A stretch of DNA of 62,789 bases, the filler included, from Octopus bimaculoides (taxonomy: Eukaryota): assembly GCF_001194135.2 (NCBI RefSeq). It is 6 parts of 6 records of this genome, joined end to end, with 100 filler letters (N's around TTAATTAATTAA, not from the genome) between each part and the next. Parts side by side here need not be neighbours in the genome. Positions count along the whole stretch, not along the records: positions 7,055 to 29,968 come from NC_069001.1; positions 30,069 to 43,688 come from NC_068986.1; 4 more parts are not named here. One strand, 5' to 3'. The notes under the pieces are model-generated. The model was given only the letters and a program-made list of their open reading frames with translations, was not told the origin of the DNA and searched no databases. This document shows, in pieces, positions 25,561 through 39,287 of this stretch. Positions within the stretch are counted from its first letter, which is position 1. Each line of letters opens with the position of its first letter. The position numbers were made by a program, and so were the translations under genes.

Positions 25561-26454
25561 TTCATTTTCCACTTCTTTCATTTTACTCATAACACATTCT
25601 GCTTCTCTTAGCTCCCACTTTTCACAAAGTGTCCAATATAGCACTTTCAATATATAAACACCATAATGTGTATACACATATGAATATGTTTAAAACTGTT
25701 TGTCTGTTGTATTGAATATTAAAAATAAGAAAATAGCGCAATACATTAATGTAATATGCGTAATTTAGTGCAACATAAATTTGAAAATATAAATTTGAAA
25801 TATAAATTTGAAAATGAGTAAAAATTTTAAAAAATTTTGATCTCAGTGAAATTTGAATCAGAAATTTAGCTGGTTAAAAATCGACAAGTATTTTGCTCAG
25901 CTCGTTAAAGCTCTGCACCATCGCCTTACCAACAATGATAATAATAACGATAAATAAATGCAATGAGAGTAATTAAGTAAATAATAAAAATCATAAAAAT
26001 TAGAATAAAAAATTAAAATAAAGTAAATCCATTAGGGTATTCGATATCTTAAAAACAGATTCTGGGCGATTGTAGATACACGATATCTTTAAAATACATT
26101 TGGGGATGTTGTAAATAGATTTTGAAAGATATGCATTAAAAATCAAAGTTGTGAGGTATATTTTGGGTTAAATTGCAGTGTAAAAAACAATCATGGTTCA
26201 AAAAGGTGCATTTAAAAGTAATAGTTACAATAAAACGACGAAAATGAAAATGAAAATATGAAAAAATAATAAAATAGAATAAAATAGAATAAAATAGAAA
26301 TAATAGTTTGTAAACAGTCGAATGTTTTCTTGAAAGTCGAAATATGTAAAGTTGAAAAATGCACAATGGATGTAATATTAAATGAAGCTGGTATTTAGGT
26401 GAAAAGGCCAAAGTGAAATGCAAATGTCAATATTATCCATACGGTATTTTTTCA

Positions 26455-26745
26455 CTCAACGTTTTAAACCTTGTAGCTTGACTAAAGGAATTTAAAAGCT
26501 CCTGTATTTGGTTCAGTGCGTATTTATCCCGGAACACGATGAAGAGATTTTCAGTCAGGCATTGTCCAACTGATTTTGAAAGGACGGACATCATTCTTTT
26601 TCAATTGCCAGACATGTTTAGCAAGACTTGTTGCTGTCCTATTATCGGGATATCGAAATGAATTTCGATGGGAATATAATCTAGTCTTAAAGGAGTTTTT
26701 CGAAGCTCCAGTATGTTTTGTATTCTTGTGAGCCATCTATATGTG
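26455..26745 (-). mobile_element. Penelope-like (Neptune-type) GIY-YIG endonuclease fragment
   Basis: HTGASKNSFKTRLYSHRNSFRYPDNRTATSLAKHVWQLKK..ISW..CLTENLFI..LNQIQELL. Confidence 0.8.
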
Positions 26746-26852
26746 CCTTAGCTCTAAAGACTATTCCTTTCTCAAGACAATTTCATCCTAACGGGCAAGC
26801 AACTTTGATCTTTGAAATTACAATTCTTCGGTTATTTCCGGCACTGTGGTTC

Positions 26853-26897
<45 letters not shown>

Positions 26898-27088
26898 NNN
26901 NNNNNNNCCGAAAATGTGAAGTCACTATTAATCTTTCCCATGTAAGAGTTTCATAAATATGTAATCTAGTAAAAGATATACGCTGATCCCTCTGCTTAAT
27001 TTCAAATTGCTTTTATATATAACTTAAAAAAGATACATCAAAACATGCATACATATATATATGTTGGTGGAGCATATATATATGTATG

Positions 27089-27564
27089 CGAGGGGGGTAC
27101 CCAAAAGAAACCGGAATTTTGCAATATTATTTTACTCACTTAGTTTTACATGTTTACGCTTTTATCGCTTTCAATGTATTCTCCATTCGAAGTAATGCAT
27201 CGGCCCAGAAGGCGTTTTCCGCTGTTCGGGGCAGTGCTCTAATGCTTGCATTTTTTCCTTCACCTCTTCTACGTCTGTAAACTCCGTCGCACTAGCTTTC
27301 CTCACCAGCGATGACCTTCAAAAAAAGGTCCGGATGAACTTTTAACTGTTCTTTTAGTTCACGACACGCATTCAGTCGTGACTGTTTTTGATGTTCCTTG
27401 AGTAAGCGAGGCACAAATTATGCCGGAACTCTTTTCATTTGCAATTCCACGCTCAGAATTCGTTGTCAGGAGCTCGCATTAAGCGGTTTCTAGCAGCGAA
27501 AGACTGAATTACAATGGGCTTGTCCCACAGAGAACGCTTCCGGTTACTTTTGCATACCCCCTCG
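27089..27564 (-). mobile_element. Internally deleted mariner element
   Basis: TIRs CGAGGGGGGTACCCAAAAGAAACCGGAA / TTCCGGTTACTTTTGCATACCCCCTCG followed by TA; internal remnant FVPRLLKEHQKQSRLNACRELK. Confidence 0.85.
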
Positions 27565-27814
27565 TATATTTACCGATTATTCATTTTCTTATAAAATTAA
27601 GTTTCAGGTTGGGCTTTATGTAAGTTTAGCGGTCTATTGTTATATTTATAGATAAAATTTTGCATCTACTCACAATTCAAAATGGCTACCATTGGCTTTC
27701 ACCGTTGCTCTCAATCTTTTCTCAACTGAAGTACATAACTTATGCTTAACTAATTGGTAAATGTATATGCTGCACCCAGTATCTGTCTGTCTAATATATC
27801 TATGTAATCTATGT

Positions 27815-27838
27815 ATGTATGTATGTATCTATCTAACA

Positions 27839-27906
<68 letters not shown>

Positions 27907-28091
27907 GTTTGTCTCTCTAATTTGTTCTTACTGGTAACAATAATAATAGTTGTTATTAGTATCATGCTTGTCGTCGTCGTCATCAACTTTTACTTCATGA
28001 TCGTCATCATCATCATTATTATCATCACCATCATCATCATCATCATCATCATCATCATTATTATTATCATCATCATCATTATTATCATCAC

Positions 28092-28139
<48 letters not shown>

Positions 28140-28172
28140 TATTATTATCATCATCATCATTATTATCATCAC

Positions 28173-28208
<36 letters not shown>

Positions 28209-28595
28209 TATTATTATCANNNNNNNNNNNNNNNNNNNNNNNNNNNNNNNNNNNNNNNNNNNNNNNNNNNNNNNNNNNNNNNNNNNNNNNNNNNNNNNNN
28301 NNNNNNNNNNNNNNNNNNNNNNNNNNNNNNNNNNNNNNNNNNNNNNNNNNNNNNNNNNNNNNNNNNNNNNNNNNNNNNNNNNNNNNNNNNNNNNNNNNNN
28401 NNNNNNNNNNNNNNNNNNNNNNNNCATCATCATCATCATTATTATTATCATCATCATCATTATCATCATCATCATTATCATCATCATCATCATCATCATT
28501 ATTATTATCATCATCATCATTATCATCATCATCATTATCATCATCATCATCATCATCATCATCATTATTATTATTATTATTATTATCATTATCAA
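27815..28595. repeat. (CTAT)n followed by a long (ATC/ATT)n tract with 60-80 bp higher-order blocks
   Basis: Simple repeats; 28441-28500 recurs almost identically at 28501-28560. Confidence 0.95.
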
Positions 28596-29719
28596 TACGC
28601 TGTATTTATTTTGCTTATTTGTATTCGCGACGCATTCCGTAGGAAATGGCCTTCAATTAAAAAGTGTTCGTTCACCTGACAAAAACTGGCAGTCGTCAGC
28701 TAAACAAACCACATGGGGGATGATAGCTAATTAAAACCTTAATGGCTGGCCACAAGTTTAATGAGCCAATTATGCATTTCTAGTTTAGAAAGTTCATTTA
28801 AAAGGAATTCTTGTTTGACATGGCTTTGATATATACGTAAGTACTCATCGCCTTTCTACGTCATCATTTAGCTATAATTATTTATACCTAGAAACAAAAT
28901 ACAGAAACACACATACATATAATTATTCACAAACATATAGACAGACATATAATCATACGAAAAACACACATGTGCACACAAACATTTAATCACAAATATA
29001 CAGACACTAACAAAAATATTTGGGTAAGTGCTAAGATGAAAGGATGTGCGTATGTATACACGCACACGCGCATGCGCGCACACACACATATTTATCTATC
29101 TTTATATCTATATTTTTAATGTATTGATTACTCTATATATTTTCATATAACTGTATACTTTTTAGATATGTTTGATATTGAATATACTTTCGGAGAGATT
29201 CAAGAATGTTGGGTTTAGGGCTGAATAAATATAAATGGATATATAAAGTTTTGAACTTTATTTGACGCGACTCTCTCTATCTTTGTATCTATCTCACCCT
29301 CTCTTTCTTCCCTCTACTGTTCTTCACCTCTCCCTGTCACTACTATCTCTCTCTCTCTATCTCTCGTTGCTCGTCCTTCGTCTCTCCCCGTCGCTACTAC
29401 TATCTCTCTCTCTCTCTCTCTCTCTACCTCTCGTTGCTCACTTATATTCTACTTCTTCTCCTTCTTCTCCCTCTGCCACTCTTTCTCCCTACCCCTCGCT
29501 GGTCACCTGTGTCCAGTCGCTATTTCTTTTCGGTCTTGGACTCCCTAAGCTTCGCACGCACATCTTCGCCTCTCCAGTTCGTGCTTCACAGCGTTCAATA
29601 TACGCATACTTCTTCATGTCTGGCTGTACAGCCTTTTTGTTTGCTTATTTCACCGTTTCGTTTTCCTGTCTTGTTTTCCGTCCGCCACTATCCTCCATGG
29701 AACAAATTTAATTTGTGTT

Positions 29720-29945
29720 CGTGGGAAGAGCCATTTTAACAATGTGTCCTGCCCCAACTCTTCGAAATGCCAGTGTTTTAATGGTGGCAGCTGATGAAGG
29801 ATATGTTCTTTATGTGGCCTGCTTGTTTGTTGCACTTTGTTTATCATTTTGTCTGTTTTTTTGCAACGTCATGTACCCAGATATGTATCTATATGTACAT
29901 GTAGATGAAGGTATGTACATACATGTACATATATATGCATATACT
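29720..29945 (+). mobile_element. Penelope-like terminal-repeat fragment (family P1, diverged)
   Basis: GGAAGAG..CTCTTCGAAA..GGCAGCTGATGAAGG..ACATGTAGATG as at 12851 and 39690. Confidence 0.5.
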
Positions 29946-29968
29946 CATATATTGTTTATATATATATA

Positions 29969-30068
29969 NNNNNNNNNNNNNNNNNNNNNNNNNNNNNNNN
30001 NNNNNNNNNNNNTTAATTAATTAANNNNNNNNNNNNNNNNNNNNNNNNNNNNNNNNNNNNNNNNNNNN
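29969..30068. other. Assembly join spacer N44-TTAATTAATTAA-N44
   Basis: Same 100-bp spacer. Confidence 0.95.
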
Positions 30069-30489
30069 ATATATATGTATATGAGACAAATTTAGATATA
30101 AAATAAATGTGTACATTTAGATATGAAATAAATGGGCATAATTATGAATTACCACTTATTCGTTCCAGCCAGTGGACAGATGCCAAGAATTTGATATTAA
30201 TCGCATTAGACATTTTAAGTAATAATTTGCGACAGAAGACATAACAGCTCATTCCATATATTATACGCTTGCTGTGCTACTATGCTACAATAGAGATTGA
30301 ACTTTTCACGTTTGTTACTAAAGTTTAGTTTACGATAAATCTTACGTATGCTCTGCGATACATCATCAGTGATGTTTCTGGTGTCTCAGGCGGTTTTGTG
30401 TCTTTCAGCATCAGACCACACCACACGCGTAATTGGCACCAGCCGGGAATTGATCAATTCCTAGCTTGTATCCCAATAGCTATCGATGC

Positions 30490-30850
30490 AAATACTAATC
30501 GGTAAAGGGCCATCGTGACTGCTTTTCACACAAGGAACCTGTGGAAAGTTTATCAGATATACTATAACGACCGCGTTTCCAATGATGCATTGTACCAAAC
30601 GGTTGACGAGTACAAGAATAAAGGAACGCTGACTGAGATAGATTGATTACCAACTGCGACACCTACTGGATGAATGCTATCAACAGTGTCTGCTGCTTAA
30701 AACTCGACAAGGTGGAAAGGGCGAGAGGAAACGAACAAGGACGACTTACCATTGTATGATTCTTACAGACAGTGGGATGTCGCTCAATGAAATATTTCTA
30801 GTAGCTGAAAATGGAAGTGTGTGGAAAGCCTTATTGAACCCATGTCTGAC
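30490..30850 (+). mobile_element. RTE-like LINE 3' fragment, decayed
   Basis: FHTRNLWKVYQIYYNDRVSNDALY and ILTDSGMSLNEIFLVAENGSVWK resemble the RTE C-terminus. Confidence 0.55.
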
Positions 30851-31250
30851 AATGACTGTCTCTTTCCCTATAGTAAATATTTCTTTGCTGAAATTTGAAT
30901 AATAAATATTGATTGATAGATCTCAACACGAGCAAAACACAGGTTCGCTTTACAAACCCAACTAGTAGACTTATCTGCAGCTTCGGTGATGGAATTTATT
31001 GCCCTCCTTTTTGTTACATCAGTAATATGTATTTGCCATTTAATTCTCATACTGTATCGCCATACCTATTGCACATCGTCAGACGACGTATATTTTGACA
31101 TTGCACGACAGCAAGTCTCAATAAGCAAGGGCTTCAAGTTCTACGATGAATGCACTTGCACCTACCTTAACAAGACGTACTCATGCTGACTTGAAAATAT
31201 TTTCAGTTTTCTCATTTGCTACTTGCATAATTTCTTCAACAGTGGATGTG

Positions 31251-31630
31251 CAATGGCCCAGTGGTTAGAGCAGCGGACTCACGGTCATAGGATCGCGGTT
31301 TCGATTCCCAGACCGGGCGTTGTGAGTGTTTATTGAGTGAAAACACCTAAAGTTCCACAAGGCTCCGGCAGAGGATGGTGGTGAATCCTGCTGTAGCTTT
31401 TCACCACAAATTTCTCTCACTCTTACTTCCTGTTTCTGTTGTGCCTGTAATTCAAAGGGTCAGCCTTGTCACACTGTGTCACGCTTGAATATCCCCGAGA
31501 ACTACGTTAAGGGTACACGTGTCTGTGGAGTGCTCAGCCACTTTCACGTTAATTTCACGAGCAGGCTGTTCCGTTGATCGGATCAACTGGAAGCCTCGAC
31601 GTCGTAAGCGACCGAGTGCCAACAACAACA
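31251..31630 (+). mobile_element. tRNA-derived SINE family C, full length, with (AAC)n tail
   Basis: A-box TGGCCCAGTGGTT and B-box GGTTTCGATTCC; ends GTGCCAACAACAACAA. Confidence 0.9.
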
Positions 31631-32147
31631 ATTTCTTCAAGAACTTCTTGGCTGCTTCACCCTGTCATGCAGAACATAAGAACAAATATCATAACAGCTG
31701 ATGTCTTACAATAAATTATTACATTAATACTTTCAGGTAATTAAGTGAATCATTATTTCGTAAGATATTAGTGCTTAATGCAAATGAGTGATGAGTCATA
31801 AAGTATTGTGAGAGTCATAAAGTATTGTCAAAAGTAAACCCTACCAAAGTGAGATTGCAATTCACAACTGTTAGAGCCAAAGAGAAACTCCAAACGATTG
31901 TGCTCTTTATAAATAGCGCAATAGATATAAAATAATGGAATTCTGCTGGATTTTGGGAGAGTAAAGAAAACTATAAGAGATCGAAAGAACAGAATGCAAG
32001 CTTATTCGGGTAAGCAGGGACGTAAACGAGATTTTATGAATGACGAATGCAACAGAATGACGAATAAAGCAGTTGTAGCTTTTTTATATACGGTTATGTG
32101 AGTGTATATATATATATATAAGTTTCTGTTAGATATATATGTTATGC

Positions 32148-32212
<65 letters not shown>

Positions 32213-32760
32213 TATGTTTGTGAATGTTCTGTTATATGGGATCGCATGTGTTAACATGAAATGCGTGCGTATGATTGCATATATGTGTATGCATACACAC
32301 ACACATATATATATATTTGTATGTATATACGTATGTACATGTACAGATACAGTTACACATACACCATCATAAAGACATACACACATACACACATGCAAAC
32401 ACATATATTTATATACATATATATATATATATTCATATATACATATATATACATATACATATATATACATATACATATGTAAGCGTGTGTATGTATGTAG
32501 GGGAATGTAAGTGTATCTGCAAGAATCCGTGTGCATGGGAATCATACTAGAAGTGTTCTAACACAAAACGTCAACAGCTATTAAGAATAATCGCTGACAT
32601 TTCTGACAGCTTCATTAAGGCAGAGATAATGCGCCTGTTGCACACAGCATTAGCTAACTTGAGAGCTATTCTATTTACCAAATATACGTAAATCTATCTA
32701 TCTATCTATCTATCCATATATGTGTTTATAAACGCATATATACCTACATGTTCCAATATG

Positions 32761-32816
<56 letters not shown>

Positions 32817-32897
32817 GTGTAGTATATTGCCACTTAAGTGTGGCTGACCCCTAGGGGTGGATGTTACTGTTGCTTTTAGCCCCAGGAGGACATCTCC
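32817..32897 (+). mobile_element. Hammerhead-foldback family: 5' arm, truncated by a gap
   Basis: Matches the arm sequence at 40524, 43789 and 48021; preceded by (TA)n. Confidence 0.85.
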
Positions 32898-33284
32898 NNN
32901 NNNNNNNNNNNNNNNNNNNNNNNNNNNNNNNNNNNNNNNNNNNNNNNNNNNNNNNNNNNNNNNNNNNNNNNNNNNNNNNNNNNNNNNNNNNNNNNNNNNN
33001 NNNNNNNNNNNNNNNNNNNNNNNNNNNNNNNNNNNNNNNNNNNNNNNNNNNNNNNNNNNNNNNNNNNNNNNNNNNNNNNNNNNNNNNNNNNNNNNNNNNN
33101 NNNNNNNNNNNNNNNNNNNNNNNNNNNNNNNNNNNNNNNNNNNNNNNNNNNNNNNNNNNNNNNNNNNNNNNNNNNNNNNNNNNNNNNNNNNNNNNNNNNN
33201 NNNNNNNNNNNNNNNNNNNNNNNNNNNNNNNNNNNNNNNNNNNNNNNNNNNNNNNNNNNNNNNNNNNNNNNNNNNNNNNNNNNN

Positions 33285-33326
<42 letters not shown>

Positions 33327-33576
33327 TATATACATGTATATATATATACATATATATGTTAGTGTTCCTTAAATGTTTATTACTGTTTTGAGATATTCGG
33401 ATTTGAGTTAAGTCGATTAATAATACACGCACACACACACACACACGCACACACACACACACAAACACACACACAAAGGCATATACGTATTATACTTGTG
33501 TGCTGAATATGTGCTCGTGCATATATATATATGACGTCTATTGGTACTCTATATGTATGTATGTATGTATGTATGT

Positions 33577-33880
33577 AGGGTGCGGTGAATAAACTGTCGT
33601 CTAAATTACACGAAAAGGAAAATAACGACATCTCCTTTTAGCAGATATATTTTCCAAAATTACATAAAAATATCTGGAAAAACTAAAGAGTAAATTTATT
33701 CAATAAAATCACCATTGGTTTCAACTGCAGCTACCAGACACCTTCGAACTCACCTGCAGGTCTTCTGGACAGTCTCCTTGTTTAAGTTTGGGGAATTCTT
33801 CTATAGTCGGTGCTTTCAGTTCATCTTTGGTATTACAATAAATATTGTTAGTCTCTCGCTCAACTACGCAAAACGTTTAC
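33577..33880 (-). mobile_element. maT/DD37D-type (Tc1/mariner superfamily) transposase 3' fragment with a terminal repeat
   Basis: VVERETNNIYCNTKDELKA..NKETVQKTCR..RRCLVAAVETNGDFIE*. Confidence 0.75.
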
Positions 33881-35569
33881 ACCATATTCCTCACACCTGC
33901 AGGATCGAAGACCACGTAGTCTCAAGCTGTATGACCGCCTTCTCCAATGATACATCCAGGAAGTATCTGTTTATTTAGATCTATTCACGAACGTATGTAG
34001 AATTTACCTATGACAAATTAGACTTTCTCCTGGAGACCATCTGTGTTACCAGCGATCAATGTTAGCTACCTTCGCTTAGTTTATATACTTGTCTCTCAAA
34101 AACAGCATCTGATAGCAGCAAGACATTACATGGGCAAAGCAGATAATGGCTTTTATGAGTGGAATTAAACAAAATTCATTAGCTTTGATGTTGGGACAAA
34201 TAAAACACCACTGCCCTGACACGATAAATTTGGCAAGTCCGCGATCATGCCAACGACCTACTTCGTATCGCATTGAATATGCTTCATATGGTACCTCCTT
34301 TGCAACTCCCTGTGTTTATCAGCAATAACATAAAACAATCTATTGCATAGTTCTCAACAGATATATATCTGTTGAGAACTATGCAATTGATCTTCAGACC
34401 AATTCCCGCTGTTAACCCATAAATATCACCCTGACATATGTTAGCTACTGCACAACTGCACAGCTTGCAGTGTATATATAGTCCTTGTTTGAAGAAGGAG
34501 GTACAAAAAATGTATAAGGTCACTTTATCAGAAATCCCTTGTAACAAGTTTCCTGGAATATCGCTCTGTGACATACACTTGTTTGTAAAAAGACAGGAGT
34601 CATGACATTCCCACGTTGTTTCCTCTTAACGTGGTGTACGCAGAGATGGTATTGATGGCGAAAAGTTATGGGATGAGAGCCATAACAAAAGAGCGACGAA
34701 ATCAGAGCAGCTTTTTCTTTCAAATTGTCGGGCTTGCTTCTTCCACATTAGAGGCTTGTCAACCACTAGGAAGTGTGCTGTCAACGGGCATATTGCCTTT
34801 ATCTTGACTCAACTTTTGCGGTGACAAGCCATTATGATGTGATAATAGTAACAGACGGATGAAGAGGATAGGGAACACGATAAGTTATTTATAAAGCGAG
34901 ATCACACGTAAGTTATGTTTTAATGTTTTGCTAAGTATTAAAGGCATTGTTTATGATCTACTGCAGGATATCCGAAAATGGGAATATGGAGGGGTTCATT
35001 CTGAAGCCTGATATCTGTTTCGAATGATTGTCATAGAACAGATTAAGGAACGCAAATAGTTTCTTCCAAATATGTCAAATAACACCGTTCTAATTAAATT
35101 GATTCAGCCACATATGAATATGATTGTAATATGTATATAGGAATATGAATATTATTATTATTTTCAGGATGTCTTCAAGCTATAATCTTTATCCACCGGC
35201 AAACACGTCTTTCAATTTTTTTTTTATTAACTAAAATATATTTGGATGTCGAAATAAATTATTCTGAAACGTTTACAAGGTTTTGAACAAGATAAGTTTT
35301 AATACAACCAACAACTAAGATAAGGTAATTCGTTATTTTCTACTTTTATTTTTTCATACTTTCATAGTTATTCATTTATTCATTTGTTGTTATCTCGTAT
35401 CACAATCGCTGCTTTCCATTATTGTTGTTGTTGTTGTTGTTTTTTCTCTTCCATAGAAGCCACGTGTTCACACAAACAAAAATCGCAATATTTATCTTTA
35501 TTCTATTCCCAAACTCGAATTAATATCTAGATTAATCAGAAGTCGCAGAAAGAATTTTTTCATACGTTC

Positions 35570-35708
<139 letters not shown>

Positions 35709-37137
35709 TGGTTAAGCTTTTGCATAACTGAAAATTATGGTAAAACTCAGCCTGACAGATATTAGATATAGATATTTGATATTAATATTCAAGTGCGTTA
35801 TGAAAAGTTTCCATTACTTGCCGTTTCTTTTTAGTAGCAACCGTACGATGTATATGTGTATGTTCAGAATACGCGACATTGTTCGGTACACGTAGTCTGG
35901 TCTTAGAGCCACATCTGTGACTACATTACACCAAAACATCATCATATGAGTGAAGGCTTTTGAATGTAGTCATTCAAACATTTGTATTTATTATATGGAA
36001 TTTAGTTGTTAGATCGACACAAATTGTCATATAAGGGAGGAAAGAATAATAATAATGATACTAATAATAATAATAATAAATCGTTTCCTTTTCATTGAGA
36101 AACTTTTACAGTTTGAAATACAACTTCCGATTTTTATTGTAGGGTTTTTTTTTTTTTTCACGGGAGTACATTGTCATGCTATTGACGGCAATCGCCAGAG
36201 TTTCTTGTAAAAATTAAAGAGAAAGTTATGAACATTCAAAAACAATTTTTGTTAAAATGTTAGCAATTCCGATAAATCTATTCTCTATATCTCATGCAAC
36301 AATCAATGATATTTCTATATATATATGTTATACATTCTCTACATCCCATGCAACAGTAAATGGTATTTTTATATATAGATATAACTCCCTACTCCTCACC
36401 AATAAAGCAAAATGAAAAGCATCTATAATTAAGAACACGATAAGATAGGATTTGGTTGGAGTAGGGATTTCATACTAGGGATTAGAATTAACGTTAGTGT
36501 TGAAGGTTAGTATTAGAAGCAACTGCTAAAGAATTAGGATTAACGTTCGCGTTTAGAATTATAGTTATGGTTTATTATATATCACAAAATACTATTCCAA
36601 ACATCAGTGCTACCTTGGGTAACGTTGTGAAGTATATTTATGTTACCGTCTTGCAATAGCTTGTAGCTGAATTCAGATTGTACAAGTGACTTTAAAATGC
36701 AATAGATGTTCGTGATACAGAATTACCCATTTCTCTTCATCCTTCTTCTACACTTTCTGAAATTCTGCAACTAATTGTAGGAACATCTATTGTGTTGTTA
36801 GAAATTTGGCTTCGCAAAACTCTGTAACCGAACAAAATTAAGAATATGCTATAATATCATTCATTAAGAGAAACCTGTTACCAGTTCAAATATGATTGAG
36901 ACATATTAGAACTCGTAAAAAAGCCATTCACTGTAATCTGTTATAGAGAAAATTTCTCACAGTAGATGAATGTGTGTAAATACACAAAATGCAGGAAAAA
37001 TGCACACATTACTGCTTAGTGCTGTCGCACCATATTTTACTTGTGGCGTGCTGCCGAATAACGCAACCAGTTATTGAACGCCGACGAGATTATCATAAGT
37101 GGGACCTGTCTCTCTTGTCAGTCCACAGTGTCTCCCA

Positions 37138-37506
37138 TTTCGGTCTCTGTGCCTAAAGAGGAGACAACCTCCCCAAAATGCATGTCTGCCTTTCCGGTCT
37201 CTGTGGCTAAAGAGGTGATATCGTCCCCGAAATCCATGTCTGCCTTTCCAGTCTTTGTGCTTAAAGAGGATATAACCTCTCCGAAATGTATGTCTGCCTT
37301 TCCGGTCTTTGAGCCTAAAAAGATGATAACCTCTCCGAAATGTATGTCTGCTTTTCCGGTTTTTGAACCTAAAGAGATGATAACCTCTCCGAAATGCATG
37401 TCTGCCTTTCCGGTCTTTCTGCCTACAGAGGAGATAACTTCCCGAAATGCATGTCTGCTTTTCCGGTCTCTGTGCCTACAGAGGAGACAACCTCTCCGAA
37501 ATGCAT
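37138..37506. repeat. 54-bp minisatellite, about 7 units
   Basis: CCGAAATG.ATGTCTGC.TTTCC.GT recurs with a 54-bp period (37171, 37225, ...). Confidence 0.95.
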
Positions 37507-38349
37507 GAATCCTAAAGTCGGGTTAGGAGCGCTGTGAGCTGACTCGGTGTATTTGCATAAGGCCTTCTAACGGGTTCGAATGTGCCTAAAGAATATTTAA
37601 ACAGGTAAAAGTTTGTATTTACACGCATTACTACTCATCGCTGTCACCCCATTTTCATTAGTATCTTCCTATCCGTTATGTCATCTTAATTGCAGCATCT
37701 TAATTGCAGCATCTTAATGTTCTGGAGTCATTGTCTTCTTTTCTTTTTTAATGGACATCAAAAAGCTTCAGTCCTTGAAATTGTCAAGATTTGAACTGTT
37801 TACTCTATGTTTTGTGATCATGTGGCAGGTGTAATACGCACACGCTTTCTCATTAAAATAGTAAACCTCAGAAGAAGAAAATGTCTATACTAGTTGAATA
37901 ACTTGCTGTATAAAACAAAATTTCAGTAAGAATTCTTTCTGTTCGATGTGTTACATCTCATTTCAGAATTACATTACAAGAAAATATACCATAAAGTAAA
38001 GCATCAAGAGAGAATTTCCTTAAGTCAAACGATTAAAATTATCAATAAACACATATTAAAAGATTCATACATAATAGAAAGCTGGAAATTTCAGCTTTAG
38101 ACATGTATCAATGTTACAATCTTTAAAAACATTATATGCAAATACAATTACGTACAAAACACACTTCATAAAATCTTGCTATAGGTAAAGTAATTCAAGT
38201 TTAACACAAAAATGATTCAAAACATTCTGCAGCGCGAAAACGATAGGAATCTCTGCTAATATTTATTACCACAGATATAATATATAATAGTTTCTACATA
38301 AAAAAAATATATACCATATATACAATATTTTGCAGACATAATACATATT

Positions 38350-38565
38350 CTTTTCTACTAGAGGCACAAGGCCCGAAATTTTCGGGGAGGGGGTCAGTCG
38401 ATGAGACCGATCCCAGTACGCAACTGGTACTTAATTTATCTGCCCCTGAAAGGATGAAAGGTAAAGTTGACCTCGGCGGAATTTGGACTCAGAACATAAA
38501 GACAGACGAAATACTGCTAAGCATTTCGCCTGGTGTGCTAACGTATCTGTCAGCTCGCGGCCTTA
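38350..38565 (-). mobile_element. tRNA-derived SINE family B
   Basis: Reverse complement of 40996-41230. Confidence 0.85.
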
Positions 38566-38619
38566 GACATAATACATATTACACATATACTGTAATATAC
38601 GAACAACTATATATATATA

Positions 38620-38800
38620 TATATATGGACAATTCAAAAAAAAAAAAGACAAAAGACGAAGGCAGGTGGTGTAGACAACAAAAAGATGTATTCGTATAAC
38701 GCTCGGGAAGTGAAAATGTCTTTAACGTTTCGAGCCTACGCTCTTCCACAGAAAGGAACACAGAAAGAAACAAGGAGAGGGAAAAAATAATGTGTAGTGG
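38620..38800 (-). mobile_element. Short Penelope-type repeat (family P2) carrying a hammerhead-like motif
   Basis: Homologous to 54455-54590 (+) and 41890-41975 (-, partial); abuts (TA)n. Confidence 0.7.
38719..38756 (-). ncRNA. Minimal hammerhead-like motif with variant core CUGUGGA
   Basis: CUUU-CUGUGGA-A-GAGC(GUAG)GCUC-GAA-ACGU-U-AAAG. Confidence 0.55.
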
Positions 38801-39254
38801 CTAGCGATCTATCATGGCATATATAATCTAAATACGTAAGCCACACTATTTTCCTCTGTTGCTCGCTAAATTATAGTAGGCTTAATTAGAAGATATTCAT
38901 TGTTTTCTAAACCCATTCTTCAAAAAATATAACATAAAGAAACAATGTAATTATTTTGGCTTCTGGTGTTGATGTAATTTTGCTAAAAGTTGTTTATCCT
39001 TTATGTTGGAAATCTATATGTTCATCTGCTTCGGATGAGAGCGGTTACTTTCAAATTGATGTAATGTTTTCACTGATCGATTAAATTGAGCTGCTCGAAA
39101 CGACCGTAATGCATTGATACCTGGATTTCCTTGTTGCTTATTTACATTCTGTTCACGTAACTTGGAGCTGTGTGGACTATACCGGACTGGCAAGGAGACT
39201 CAATTTAAGTCCCTAATTCAAATGCATCTTAATTTTATATATATATATCACGAC

Positions 39255-39287
<33 letters not shown>

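Noticed and set aside
34410-34440. KYHPD peptide suggesting a DnaJ domain
   Set aside because: Stop codon three residues later and no J-domain context.
37138-37506. 54-bp array as a CRISPR array
   Set aside because: Contiguous degenerate units without unique spacers, eukaryotic context, no cas genes.
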